From an uncultured delta proteobacterium (GTDB taxonomy: Bacteria > Desulfobacterota > Desulfobacteria > Desulfobacterales > JAHEIW01): a DNA stretch of 64,000 nucleotides. Made by a program: the position numbers and the translations under genes. Below the pieces are notes generated by a model. The model was not told the origin of the DNA. It worked only from the letters and a program-made list of their open reading frames with translations, and did no database searches. Where the stretch lies: positions 224,001-288,000 of the forward strand of contig CAVPNL010000003.1 of NCBI GenBank assembly GCA_963706575.1. Direction: 5' to 3'. Shown piece by piece: positions 8,305 through 17,701 of this stretch. Within the stretch, counting starts at the first letter, position 1. Every line of letters begins with the position of its first letter.

Positions 8305-9446
8305 TAGATGACCTCCAATTCAGCCTGCAACGCCCCTGCGGCTTTCAGGGCTTGAAAAATGGCGATCAGATCACGGGGCGAAACACCAAGGGCATTCAAA
8401 GCCTTGACAAGCTCTCCGATGCTGACACCCGATTCCACCAGAAATATGGGATTTTTTCCTTCCTGAACCACGATATCTGATTCCGGTGTGACAACCGTTT
8501 GCCCGCCGCGCGAAAACGGTAACGGCTGTGAGACATTCTGAGATTCATCTATCTGAATGCTCAAGTTGCCATGGGCGATAGCGATGGTAGCAATACGTAC
8601 ATTTTCACCCATAATCACCGTACCGGTGCGTTCGTTGACCACCACCTTGGATACCATATCCGGGGTTACGCCCAGGCTTTCAACCAGGGTCACAAACTGA
8701 ACCGTATTGCCCAGGTAATTTTCAGGAACAGTGACACAAATCGAACCGGCATTCTCGGTCTGTGCAAGCTGGCTGTAAAACGCACGATTAATGGCCTGGG
8801 CCACCCGGCTGGCGGTTGTGAAATCAGGGTCGTGCAATGCCAGTGTCAGGGATTTTTTTTGATTAAAATTTGAATGGATTTCCTTTTCCACCAGCCCGCC
8901 ACCGACAACTCGACCCACGGTGGGAAAATTCTTTTGGACTTGATCACCGGAATTCCCGCTGACGGCAAATCCGCCGGTGCTCACAGGTCCCTGGGCAACC
9001 GCGTACACGCTTCCGTCAGCGCCTTTTAAGGGGGTGAACAGTAGCGTACCACCCTGCAGATTCTCCGCATCGCCAATGGAACTGACCAGCACATCGATTC
9101 GACTGCCCAGACCTGCAAACGGCGGCAAATCTGTTGTTACCATCACCGCCGCCACATTTTCGACATCGGCAATATCGTCTGGCTGGACGGTTACGCCCAT
9201 TTTTTCCAGCAGGCTGGCCAACGATTGAATGGTGAACATGGAGTCATCGCTGTCTCCGGTGCCTTCCAATCCGACTACCAGCCCATAGCCCACCAGATGA
9301 TTTTGGCGTACTCCTTTGATGTCGGCAATATCCTTGATACGGACAGCGCTGGCAGCGGGTATCAAAAAGATGCCGCTTGCCACGACCAGAATAAGGCAGC
9401 GGATCATTATTAAGAGCCCTGATATTTGTAAACGTTTATTTATCAT
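8304..9446 (-). CDS. flgI: P-ring protein
   Basis: RIKDIA...LVGYGLVVGLEGTGD; NERTGTVIMG; ALKAAGALQAEL. Confidence 0.97.
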   Translation of the reverse strand: MINKRLQISGLLIMIRCLILVVASGIFLIPAASAVRIKDIADIKGVRQNHLVGYGLVVGLEGTGDSDDSMFTIQSLASLLEKMGVTVQPDDIADVENVAAVMVTTDLPPFAGLGSRIDVLVSSIGDAENLQGGTLLFTPLKGADGSVYAVAQGPVSTGGFAVSGNSGDQVQKNFPTVGRVVGGGLVEKEIHSNFNQKKSLTLALHDPDFTTASRVAQAINRAFYSQLAQTENAGSICVTVPENYLGNTVQFVTLVESLGVTPDMVSKVVVNERTGTVIMGENVRIATIAIAHGNLSIQIDESQNVSQPLPFSRGGQTVVTPESDIVVQEGKNPIFLVESGVSIGELVKALNALGVSPRDLIAIFQALKAAGALQAELEVI

Positions 9447-9469
9447 TTATTTTCCCTCGCCACCTAAAT

Positions 9470-10231
9470 TTAGAAGGGCCAGACTGAATTCAGCAAATTA
9501 GCCAGCCAGCCCGGACGCTGCCGGTCATTGACGATACCGCTGCCGCTGTAGGCAATCTTTGCGTCGGAAACAAAGGTGGACAGAATAACGTTATCGTCAT
9601 TGATGTCTCGCGGCCGGATAACCCCGGATAGAATAATCATCTGGGTTTCATGGTTGACCAGCACCTCGCGGGATCCGACGATATAGAGATTACCGTTGGG
9701 CAATACCCGCGTAACCCGGCAGGTGATAAACGCACTGAGATCCCCGCTGCGCGATGTGCTCCCTGAACCATCAAAATCGGAGCTCATACTGCCTTTGACC
9801 GATGGATTTCCAAATGGGTCGGGTTTCGGCAGACTGCTGGGGATTTTATCTAAAACTTTGTCACGGTACCAATCTTCCGTACCGAAAAGGGTGTCAATAC
9901 CGGCTTCTAAACTGGAGGTCCGTCCGGTTTTGGTGTCGGCCGAATTTGTGGCCTTGGATGACTCGGAGATTTTGACGGTAACGATATCGCCCACTTGACG
10001 TGCTTTGGTGTCGATGAAAAAATCATTGAAGGAACTGCCAGCCGCATAGAGCGAACCCTGAAATTCCGGCTGCGCCAGGGGCTCCACTTTAATTTGCATC
10101 TCCTGTTTTACCGTCATTTTTTCGGCCACCGGCGGCAGGGTCTGTCGGGTGGCGGCGCAACCCGTCAGTCCGACGATCAAAATGGCAAACAGCGTGAATT
10201 TGATTAGATATGGGGGTCGTTTTAGCATCAT
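9470..10231 (-). CDS. flgH: L-ring lipoprotein
   Basis: Lipobox LTGC; DTKARQVGDIVTV; VLPNGNL; GVIRPRDI; C-terminal WPF. Confidence 0.95.
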   Translation of the reverse strand: MMLKRPPYLIKFTLFAILIVGLTGCAATRQTLPPVAEKMTVKQEMQIKVEPLAQPEFQGSLYAAGSSFNDFFIDTKARQVGDIVTVKISESSKATNSADTKTGRTSSLEAGIDTLFGTEDWYRDKVLDKIPSSLPKPDPFGNPSVKGSMSSDFDGSGSTSRSGDLSAFITCRVTRVLPNGNLYIVGSREVLVNHETQMIILSGVIRPRDINDDNVILSTFVSDAKIAYSGSGIVNDRQRPGWLANLLNSVWPF

Positions 10232-10255
10232 TGGTTTTCCTTATTGAATGGAGAA

Positions 10256-11272
10256 TTAAAAATCCACTTTAACCGTGTTTGAATCGATCACACGGGCATA
10301 CAGTATTTTTTTCGAGTCCATATTGACCACGGGAATTCGCTCACCCAATCGTCCCCTTTTCTTCACCTGTCCGAGGGTCGTAATCTTCAACCCATTGGCT
10401 TCAGCGATGATCACCACCAGATCACCCCGCTTTACCAATGGTGGCAGTTCAATGAGATCGGCGCGCAATGGCGTTTGGGCCCCCACCGCTCTGCGAGTGC
10501 GTTTGCCTAAAACCGCCCCGGGATCGGTAATGACACCGCCCGGCAGATCAGATAGATCCATGGTTTGCAACTCAATATCATCTTCGGTAATCGGTTTGTG
10601 TCTGCCAAGGGGTTTGCGCGTCACGACCACCGGACCCAGTATTTCTATCGTGGCGGTCGCCCAAACTTTTTTTTGTGACTGTCCGTTGACACTGAAATCG
10701 ACGGCAATGGAACATTTTCCCATCAACTCTTGGCTGCGCGCTGCGGCCACCTTGTAAGCCACGCGTCCTTTCGGCAGGATAACGCTCTGCGGAACCCGGA
10801 TCTCTTTGATCCGCACGGTTTTGTCGTCACGGGAGATATTGCGGAAAATAAAATCAGAGACAATTTGTTTTAAGTCCGCTTCCTCAATCTTGACGGCGCT
10901 ACGCTCCACTTCAACGATCTGAGGAACTTCCAAATTAACGGCGGACAGATCAACATGCTGCTGTTTCAGGCGCATCTCCAGGTAAGGTTGATCGTATTGG
11001 CGCGCTTTGCCCGGCAGCGGTGCTCTGCCAATGACAATGCCCTTTAACTGTTGAATCCAACGGGGATCGCTACCCTCGATTACGGCAATCTCACCCAGCA
11101 AAACTTCGTCACCGTCGATTTCAACCCGATCATGGACCCGGATGACGGCTGTGTGGGTCGCGCCTATTGCTGCCGGCCATGCCCAGAGAGATGCAGCTGT
11201 CAAAATAAAAACGAGTCCGGTGGAAAGATGCTTTCTTATTTTCGTTTTTAAACTATGCGTGTTCATTTTCAT
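10256..11272 (-). CDS. flgA: P-ring formation chaperone
   Basis: SAF-like C-terminal region PPLVKRGDLV...IPVVNMDSKK, located between flgG and flgH. Confidence 0.9.
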   Translation of the reverse strand: MKMNTHSLKTKIRKHLSTGLVFILTAASLWAWPAAIGATHTAVIRVHDRVEIDGDEVLLGEIAVIEGSDPRWIQQLKGIVIGRAPLPGKARQYDQPYLEMRLKQQHVDLSAVNLEVPQIVEVERSAVKIEEADLKQIVSDFIFRNISRDDKTVRIKEIRVPQSVILPKGRVAYKVAAARSQELMGKCSIAVDFSVNGQSQKKVWATATIEILGPVVVTRKPLGRHKPITEDDIELQTMDLSDLPGGVITDPGAVLGKRTRRAVGAQTPLRADLIELPPLVKRGDLVVIIAEANGLKITTLGQVKKRGRLGERIPVVNMDSKKILYARVIDSNTVKVDF

Positions 11273-11275
11273 CCA

Positions 11276-12064
11276 TTATCGTTTAAGATTATTGGCCATC
11301 TGCAACATGTCATCGGCTGTCTGGATGACCTTGCTGTTGGTTTCATAAGCCCTTTGAGCGGTAATCATATTGACCATTTCATCGACAACGCTCACATTGG
11401 ACATTTCCAAAAATCCCTGGGCAATCGTGCCGAATCCGTCTTGACCGGGTGTGCCGATAATTTCATTTCCGGATCCCTCGGTGGGAACGAATAGGTTTCT
11501 ACCCAGACTTCTCAGGCCGCCGGGGTTTACAAAACGCGCCAGCTGAATCGTACCGATCTCGCTGGGGACGGGATCGTCGGCCTGGATGACGGATACGGTT
11601 CCATCCATCCCCACGGTAATCGAAACCGTGTCGGTCGGAATCGTTAATTGCGGCACCAGCAAAAAACCGTCCGCATTGACGATACGGCCATCGGCGTCCA
11701 GCTTGAATTCTCCGCAACGGCTGTAAGACGTTTCTCCGTTCGGTAATTCGATCTGGAAAAACCCATCGCCTTCAATGGCCCAGTCGAGCTCGTTCTCGGT
11801 ATTCTGAAAATCGCCCTGGGAAAACATTTTTTGCACCGCCGATGGCCGGGCGCCATGTCCCAGCTGCACACCGGTCGGAATCGTGGTATCGGCCGATGAG
11901 GCCGCACCGGCGGGTCGCAGGCTTTCGTATAGCAGATCCTGAAACTCCGCCCGGCTTTTTTTGAAACCGGAGGTGTTCACGTTTGCCAGATTGTTTGAAA
12001 TCACATCGATATTGAGCTCTTGAGCCTGCATACCGGTGGCTGAAGTCCACAAGCTGCGTATCAT
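11276..12064 (-). CDS. flgG: distal rod protein
   Basis: [15 protein letters not shown]...[34 protein letters not shown]. Confidence 0.97.
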   Translation of the reverse strand: MIRSLWTSATGMQAQELNIDVISNNLANVNTSGFKKSRAEFQDLLYESLRPAGAASSADTTIPTGVQLGHGARPSAVQKMFSQGDFQNTENELDWAIEGDGFFQIELPNGETSYSRCGEFKLDADGRIVNADGFLLVPQLTIPTDTVSITVGMDGTVSVIQADDPVPSEIGTIQLARFVNPGGLRSLGRNLFVPTEGSGNEIIGTPGQDGFGTIAQGFLEMSNVSVVDEMVNMITAQRAYETNSKVIQTADDMLQMANNLKR

Positions 12065-12084
12065 ATTGCCTCCTGCTAATTGAC

Positions 12085-12181
12085 GGTTATTTGTTAATAG
12101 TTAATTGTTATTCGTTGTTTACCATTACTTTCAAATGCAACATTTTCCTGACCCAATCACCAATAACGAATAACCAATAAC
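12085..12181. repeat. inverted array of degenerate heptamer repeats between flgF and flgG
   Basis: GTTATTT/GTTAATA/GTTAATT/GTTATTC ... CAATCAC/CAATAAC/GAATAAC/CAATAAC. Confidence 0.7.
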
Positions 12182-12187
12182 TTCAGA

Positions 12188-12961
12188 CTAGGCCAAGCGA
12201 CCGACATCGTTAATCAGCTTGGCGTTGATATCATCGACGGAACGCATGATCTTCTGATAAGATTCATATCCGCGTAACACTTCGATCATCTCGGTCATCA
12301 TTCTGATCGTATCGACATTGGATAACTCCAGAAATCCCTGACTGACCATCAGGCCTTCATCGAGTTCCTCCAGCGACCTCGGTTTCAAGGCGCGATAATA
12401 GTTGTGACCCGCTTTTTCAAGAGCGTGCGATTGGGTAAAATCGACGACGCGCAGGCGGTCGACTTCAGATCCGTCAACAGTCACCGTGCCGTCTTCGGAT
12501 ATCGAAAATTCGCCTATATCACCGGATGGCTTCGTCAGCTTTATCCGAATCTCCCCACCCTTTCCCAACACCGGGAATCCTTCCTGGGTCACCAACACCT
12601 CGTCTGCGTTAACCGTGAAATCTCCGCGGCGCGTATACATGACGCCATCCGGCGTCCGCACACAGAAAAAGCCGTTGCCGGACAGCGCCAGGTCGAATGG
12701 CCGGCCGGTTTTTTTCAGCGCCCCGGCTGAAAAATCCGTGTATGTGCTATACTCCATCCAATATTCCGGGGCCTGGAGCTGACCCGATCGAAGGGGTAAA
12801 TTTTTGCTATCGGCCGCCGCCGCAAGGCTAAATTCTCGAAAACGACCCCTGTCTTTTTTAAAGCCAGCTGTATTCACATTGGCCAGATTATTGGAAAGAA
12901 GCTGCAATTGTTTTTCGTAGGCCAGGGCCCCGGTCGCAGCCATATAAATCGATCCGCTCAT
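12188..12961 (-). CDS. flgF: proximal rod protein
   Basis: [36 protein letters not shown]. Confidence 0.93.
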   Translation of the reverse strand: MSGSIYMAATGALAYEKQLQLLSNNLANVNTAGFKKDRGRFREFSLAAAADSKNLPLRSGQLQAPEYWMEYSTYTDFSAGALKKTGRPFDLALSGNGFFCVRTPDGVMYTRRGDFTVNADEVLVTQEGFPVLGKGGEIRIKLTKPSGDIGEFSISEDGTVTVDGSEVDRLRVVDFTQSHALEKAGHNYYRALKPRSLEELDEGLMVSQGFLELSNVDTIRMMTEMIEVLRGYESYQKIMRSVDDINAKLINDVGRLA

Positions 12962-13071
12962 TCAAGTACTCCTTAACTTAAATCGCCTATATCATCATTC
13001 GTTAGGCCATGCGGCCTCCGGTAAATCCGTTGACGATAGAAAAGGCCGTTAATCAATCCATCGCTATCATT

Positions 13072-13087
13072 TGCAAGACACATACCA
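13072..13087 (-). promoter_or_regulatory. sigma54 promoter for the flgF operon
   Basis: TGGTATGTGTCTTGCA (GG-N10-GC). Confidence 0.7.
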
Positions 13088-13381
13088 ACAAAGACTTTTA
13101 TTTCTATTGAAACCATGCCGCCCAAAAAAAACGGACGCCGATGGCCATTCAGGATAATTATTTAACAATATCAGTATATTATAAAATCCTTAATGGCTCG
13201 GCCTCAGGAGCCTCAAAATCGACATCCGCACCCATTTAAATTTTTCCCATTCATTCAATCGAATGGGGTATTTTTTGCCGATTCGATCCGGATTTACCTA
13301 GTGTCATCTCCCACAGGCAATTTTCAAAATACGGCTTTCTTTTGGGGGATGGAACGGGGGGGATTACACCGCCAGAATGGG

Positions 13382-13909
13382 TCATTCTTGAGGATTGTCT
13401 TTAACTTTGGCCGATTCGATGCTCAGACGCTTGAGCTTTAAAACCAGATCGACCTCACCCCGGGGAAGGTTTAATTCTTCAGCAATATCAGTCATACTCA
13501 AACCCTGATCGGACAGGCTTTCAATTTCACTGTAGATCGCATCGGCAGCGTCCGGTTCCGGCGCCTCGGTGCCGGAAATCGGTTCAAGCCGCTTAGCTGG
13601 TATGGACTTTAACAAACCGGGAGCAAGCTGGCCTTCTCGCAGCTCAAAATAAGCATCCAGTGTTTGACGTTCTTTATCAATGGTTTCCAGGATATGATTA
13701 AACGCCAGTTCGGTTTGCTGCCGAACGGCTTCAACGACAAATTCGGAATTAAACTTTTGTGATTCTTGACCGGAAGGCGCATTTGAATTCAGCCGCTTTA
13801 ATTTCATGTGGTTTCGAATCAGAAACAACAAAATCAAAGCGCACAGCCCGATTTGAGTTGCATCAATCGTAATTTCCAAAAAATTAAGTGTGTGCAATGC
13901 CATTTCCAC
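13382..13909 (-). CDS. membrane-anchored flagellar-cluster protein, DUF2802/SwrB-like
   Basis: N-terminal TM helix; C-terminal helix-turn-helix-like GLSMTDIAEELNLPRGEVDLVLKL; downstream of fliA. Confidence 0.65.
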   Translation of the reverse strand: MEMALHTLNFLEITIDATQIGLCALILLFLIRNHMKLKRLNSNAPSGQESQKFNSEFVVEAVRQQTELAFNHILETIDKERQTLDAYFELREGQLAPGLLKSIPAKRLEPISGTEAPEPDAADAIYSEIESLSDQGLSMTDIAEELNLPRGEVDLVLKLKRLSIESAKVKDNPQE

Positions 13910-13957
13910 TCCCTGAATATTTTGTTTTCGGTCTTGAACCAGTTTCTATTTGGTGAT

Positions 13958-14103
13958 TAGAAGTGGTTTCAAAATCACAGATCAGGTTCAAGGGCAAGGC
14001 GTGGCGTGCATTGGAAGCGGAGCGTACACGTAGTACTCGAGCATTTCGATGCACGGGACAACGCAGCCATTGGGCCTTAGATGGGGTTTTGAATCCACTT
14101 CTA
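13958..14103. mobile_element. MITE-like element, copy 1 (146 bp)
   Basis: Terminal inverted repeats TAGAAGTGGTTTCAAAA...TTTTGAATCCACTTCTA; homologous to 45571-45717 in inverted orientation. Confidence 0.8.
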
Positions 14104-14394
14104 GACATGGACATCGATGACTTTCTGTTCAGAATTGTCTTGTGTTTCTTCGGCATCGGTTGAGGTTGAAGACTCAGTAAATTTTTGGGCGTGGCGCTTA
14201 TTGGTTTTACCCCGAATATCGACCTTGTCCAGTTTCTTTTTTTTCTTCTTCCTTTTGTCTTCTTGATCTTCCTCATCAAAAAATTTTTCAAAAGGCGGCC
14301 TTTCCTCTTCGCGCTTTTTGCGATTGACCCTTTGGACTCGGCCCGAAGCCGACACCGGCGGCATTCCTTTCGGAAAATTAATGTCGTCAACCAT
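14101..14394 (-). CDS. small highly charged hypothetical protein
   Basis: 97 aa, Lys/Glu/Asp rich, AGAGGA RBS, ends KVIDVHV. Confidence 0.65.
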   Translation of the reverse strand: MVDDINFPKGMPPVSASGRVQRVNRKKREEERPPFEKFFDEEDQEDKRKKKKKKLDKVDIRGKTNKRHAQKFTESSTSTDAEETQDNSEQKVIDVHV

Positions 14395-14556
14395 AATTCT
14401 GTCCTCTAATTGTCGGTTTTATCCCACTCTTTCCACCCTCCCACTTCCGAACCCGGACACTCAGTATTCACAATTCAGTGATCGACATTTGGTATTGATT
14501 CACCACAAATGGTGCTTAACACCTAACTCTCATGATTCAGAACCGAAGATCACCAT

Positions 14557-15312
14557 CTAACCTTCCAGCAATTTTTGTTTCCGCAATTTAGTCCGCAAAT
14601 GCAATATGGCCTGGGAATGAATCTGCGACACCCGTGATTCGGTAATTCCGAGTACTTTACCCGTTTCTTTCATCGTCAACTCATCCAGATAGTACAGCGA
14701 AATCACAAGGCGTTCCTTTTCAGGCAGTTGTTTGATTGCCCGGGCCATGGCTTCCTTTAATTCCTTTAATTTTGTCATGTTGAGGGCATCGTCTTCATTA
14801 TTAACCAGATAACTCAGTAGCTTTTCTTTTTCATCTCTGGAGGATACCCCCAACTCTTCGAGACTGATGAAAGAGATGCTCGACATTTGCTTGGTGCGAT
14901 AAACCTGCTCCAGATCAACTCCCAATTCCCGGGCGATCTCCTGGTCGTCCGCCTCACGACCCAACTTCTGTTCCAGTCGCAGGTAAGCAGATTCCAATTC
15001 CCTTATTTTCCGTCGATTGGACCTTGAGAGGAAATCCCGGGCCCGCAACTCGCTGAGCACCGCCCCTTTGATCCGAAAGATCGCATAGGTCATAAATTTA
15101 TTGTCCCGCCTGGGATCGTAACGATCCACAGCCTGAATCAGCCCGATAACCCCAACATTCATCAGATCATCGATATCCACGGTTGACGGAAGATGAACCG
15201 CCAGTCTTTGAACGATGCGTTTTACATAAGGCAAATATTCGGTAATTAACTGGTCGCGGTACGCTGGGTCTTTGGGAATGAGTTTTTTTGTTCGTGTCTG
15301 TGCCAGTGCCAT
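14557..15312 (-). CDS. fliA: flagellar sigma factor sigma28
   Basis: DDLMNVGVIGLIQAVDRYD; RIKGAVLSELR; ITESRVSQIHSQA. Confidence 0.96.
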   Translation of the reverse strand: MALAQTRTKKLIPKDPAYRDQLITEYLPYVKRIVQRLAVHLPSTVDIDDLMNVGVIGLIQAVDRYDPRRDNKFMTYAIFRIKGAVLSELRARDFLSRSNRRKIRELESAYLRLEQKLGREADDQEIARELGVDLEQVYRTKQMSSISFISLEELGVSSRDEKEKLLSYLVNNEDDALNMTKLKELKEAMARAIKQLPEKERLVISLYYLDELTMKETGKVLGITESRVSQIHSQAILHLRTKLRKQKLLEG

Positions 15313-15330
15313 AGAATTTTATCTCTCCAA

Positions 15331-16233
15331 TTACGAAAAATTATTTTCAATCAAATGGTGCCAGAAAAAATTGGAATCGTCTGCGGGCACATTTTCCGGA
15401 GGTTGGGTGGAAATTTTCCGGGCTAAATTTTCAAAGCATTTGCTGGCGCGCGAATCCGGATAAAGATTACTGACTAGTTTCTGCTGTTTGACGCCCTGAG
15501 TCACCTTGGCATCAAAAAGCACACTTCCTATATAATCGACGGTCATATCCAAAAATCTATCTGCAACCAGATTCAGCTGCCTGAACACCTCTCTTCCCTG
15601 CTGAGCCGTGCCGGCCAAATTGACGATGACTTTGCAACTTTTCTCCGCATACTTCAGGGACAGCACTTTCATTAATGCATAGGCATCGGTAATGGCGGTG
15701 GGCTCGGGTGAAACCACCACGATGATTTCCTGGGCAGTCACGCTAAAGTCCATTACATTTGAAGAAATACCAGCAGCCGTGTCGATGAGCAATAAGTCGA
15801 CCGAATCAATCATGCCGTCCAGTTCGCTTAGAATTCGAACTTTTTGTTGCGAGGTCAGCTGGGTCAACTCTTGAATGCCCGAAGAAGCCGGAAGAATGAG
15901 CATATCGCCCGGTCCTTCAACAATAATGTCGCTGACTGATTTTTCGCCCATGATGACATGCGATAAGTTATATTTCGGTGCCAGACCCAGCAAAACATCA
16001 AGGTTGCCCAAACCCAAATCTGCGTCCAGGATAAGCACTTTTTTACCCATCCTGGCAAACGTATAGCCTAAATTGGCCACAATATTGGTTTTACCGACAC
16101 CGCCTTTACCGCTGGTCACTGCAATCACCCGGGCAGGTATTTCGCGTTTGGATCGGGCCGCACAACCGGTTTTACGAACTTTCCTCCGGTCTGATAGATG
16201 GATGACGTTATCCGAGAGATTATTTGGCTTCAT
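15331..16233 (-). CDS. flhG: MinD-like flagellar number regulator FlhG/FleN
   Basis: SGKGGVGKTN; DADLGLGNLDVLLG; EPTAITDAYALMK. Confidence 0.95.
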   Translation of the reverse strand: MKPNNLSDNVIHLSDRRKVRKTGCAARSKREIPARVIAVTSGKGGVGKTNIVANLGYTFARMGKKVLILDADLGLGNLDVLLGLAPKYNLSHVIMGEKSVSDIIVEGPGDMLILPASSGIQELTQLTSQQKVRILSELDGMIDSVDLLLIDTAAGISSNVMDFSVTAQEIIVVVSPEPTAITDAYALMKVLSLKYAEKSCKVIVNLAGTAQQGREVFRQLNLVADRFLDMTVDYIGSVLFDAKVTQGVKQQKLVSNLYPDSRASKCFENLARKISTQPPENVPADDSNFFWHHLIENNFS

Positions 16234-16270
16234 GAATTTTCAGATTCCTTTCGCAACCCATCCCTTACGA

Positions 16271-17701
16271 TTAGTTTGTAATCCGCAATTTATCGCTCGC
16301 GGATAATCCAGTTTGAAAGTGGCGGCTGCGGGACGGCCGACAATCTTGACAGGGCATAAAATGCTCCCCTTCAGCTGCCTGTACACTTGAAAAGGTGATC
16401 ATGTTTTTCGATTTTATTTTTTGGGTCCATTTGCATTCGGGATGATGAAACACATCTGAATTTTTGTTGGCGACAAAAGTGCGCGCCGCTATACGGTCCG
16501 GCGCCTCTTGGGGGGATTGATCGGGTCTCCCCGAAGCTAAAACTGTTTTACGATTCTTGAAGGTGCCCAGCAGGCGCTCGACAATTTTATCCATGGATCC
16601 GGTTTCGATGGCATTCGGGACCTCACGGCCATTTGTCACAAAAGACAGGGGCAATGGATGGCGGATCAGCACATTGATTAAATTTCCATAGGTGCAGCTT
16701 TCATCAAGCTTGGTGAAAATTAAATGCTGAACATCAATGATATTCAGGCATCTGAGCGTATTGATCAGATCGCTTTCTTTGGATGTCGCCGATAAAGCCA
16801 GGTGAATTTCAATGGCGTCAATGCGATCTAAACATGCCTTGATATCATCGATTTGATCCTGATTTTTAGGATTGAATCCGGATGTATCCACTAGCACGAT
16901 GTCAAACTTCCGCAACGCATTAACAGCCGCCTGAAAAGCAGCCGGCGTGGCCGCAGCTTTAACGGGAACCCCGATTGCTTGGGCATATACCTTCAGATCC
17001 CCGATGCCCCCGACGCGGTCGGAATCCAGTGAAATGAGCGCAACCTTTTTGTGGTGTTCAATGACATACCGGGCAGCCAGCTTTGCAACCGTAGTTGTTT
17101 TTCCGACGCCGGTGGGCCCCACAACCGCTAACATCTTACAACCGGACGCTGTGCGAAGCGGCGCTCCGGCTTCGTTTCTCTTTTGTTTCAGTATATTCGA
17201 AATGCTTGAAATGACCTGGCCGGTGGTATCAAAGCGGGCGTCCGAATGAACGGCTTTTAAGGCGTCAATGATATCATTGGCAATATCCCGTTTAACTTCC
17301 TGAGACAGCAACTGTTGAAAAATATCCGCAATAAAATCATCGTTGCCAGATCCGGTCGTGTTTGCAGGCTGATGGGGCCACTTGCGACCATAGAGGGTTT
17401 TAATTCGACTGCCGACCGATTGCCGAGAATTTCGCTTTGGAGGGGGGCGAAGACTGCGGGTAGCATTGTGGCGGTAACTATTCAAAGCACTGGTGGTTAA
17501 TGCCGGCTTTATTTCAGCCGGGAGATGATAACCATCAACCGCAGCGGTAACCTCAACGCCCACAGATTTTACCCGGCCGATAATTTTATTCTCTTTTTTG
17601 AGGCTGCGTGCCGATAGAATTACGGCGTCTGAACCCAGCTCTGTTTTGATCAACCGCAGGGCAGTCCTCATATCTTTGGCTTCAAAGCGTTTAATCTGCA
17701 T
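16271..17701 (-). CDS. flhF: SRP-type GTPase FlhF with C-terminal Ada-type Zn-binding domain
   Basis: MQIKRFEA; GPTGVGKTTT; DTSG; TKLDE; C-terminal VFHHPEC...PCQDCRP. Confidence 0.93.
   Translation of the reverse strand: MQIKRFEAKDMRTALRLIKTELGSDAVILSARSLKKENKIIGRVKSVGVEVTAAVDGYHLPAEIKPALTTSALNSYRHNATRSLRPPPKRNSRQSVGSRIKTLYGRKWPHQPANTTGSGNDDFIADIFQQLLSQEVKRDIANDIIDALKAVHSDARFDTTGQVISSISNILKQKRNEAGAPLRTASGCKMLAVVGPTGVGKTTTVAKLAARYVIEHHKKVALISLDSDRVGGIGDLKVYAQAIGVPVKAAATPAAFQAAVNALRKFDIVLVDTSGFNPKNQDQIDDIKACLDRIDAIEIHLALSATSKESDLINTLRCLNIIDVQHLIFTKLDESCTYGNLINVLIRHPLPLSFVTNGREVPNAIETGSMDKIVERLLGTFKNRKTVLASGRPDQSPQEAPDRIAARTFVANKNSDVFHHPECKWTQKIKSKNMITFSSVQAAEGEHFMPCQDCRPSRSRHFQTGLSASDKLRITN

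Noticed and set aside
13884..14390. Track ORFs 13884-14390 (-) and 13963-14163 (+)
   Set aside because: They span the MITE and overlap the better-supported 97-aa gene; their similarity to the 45712 extension is repeat-derived.
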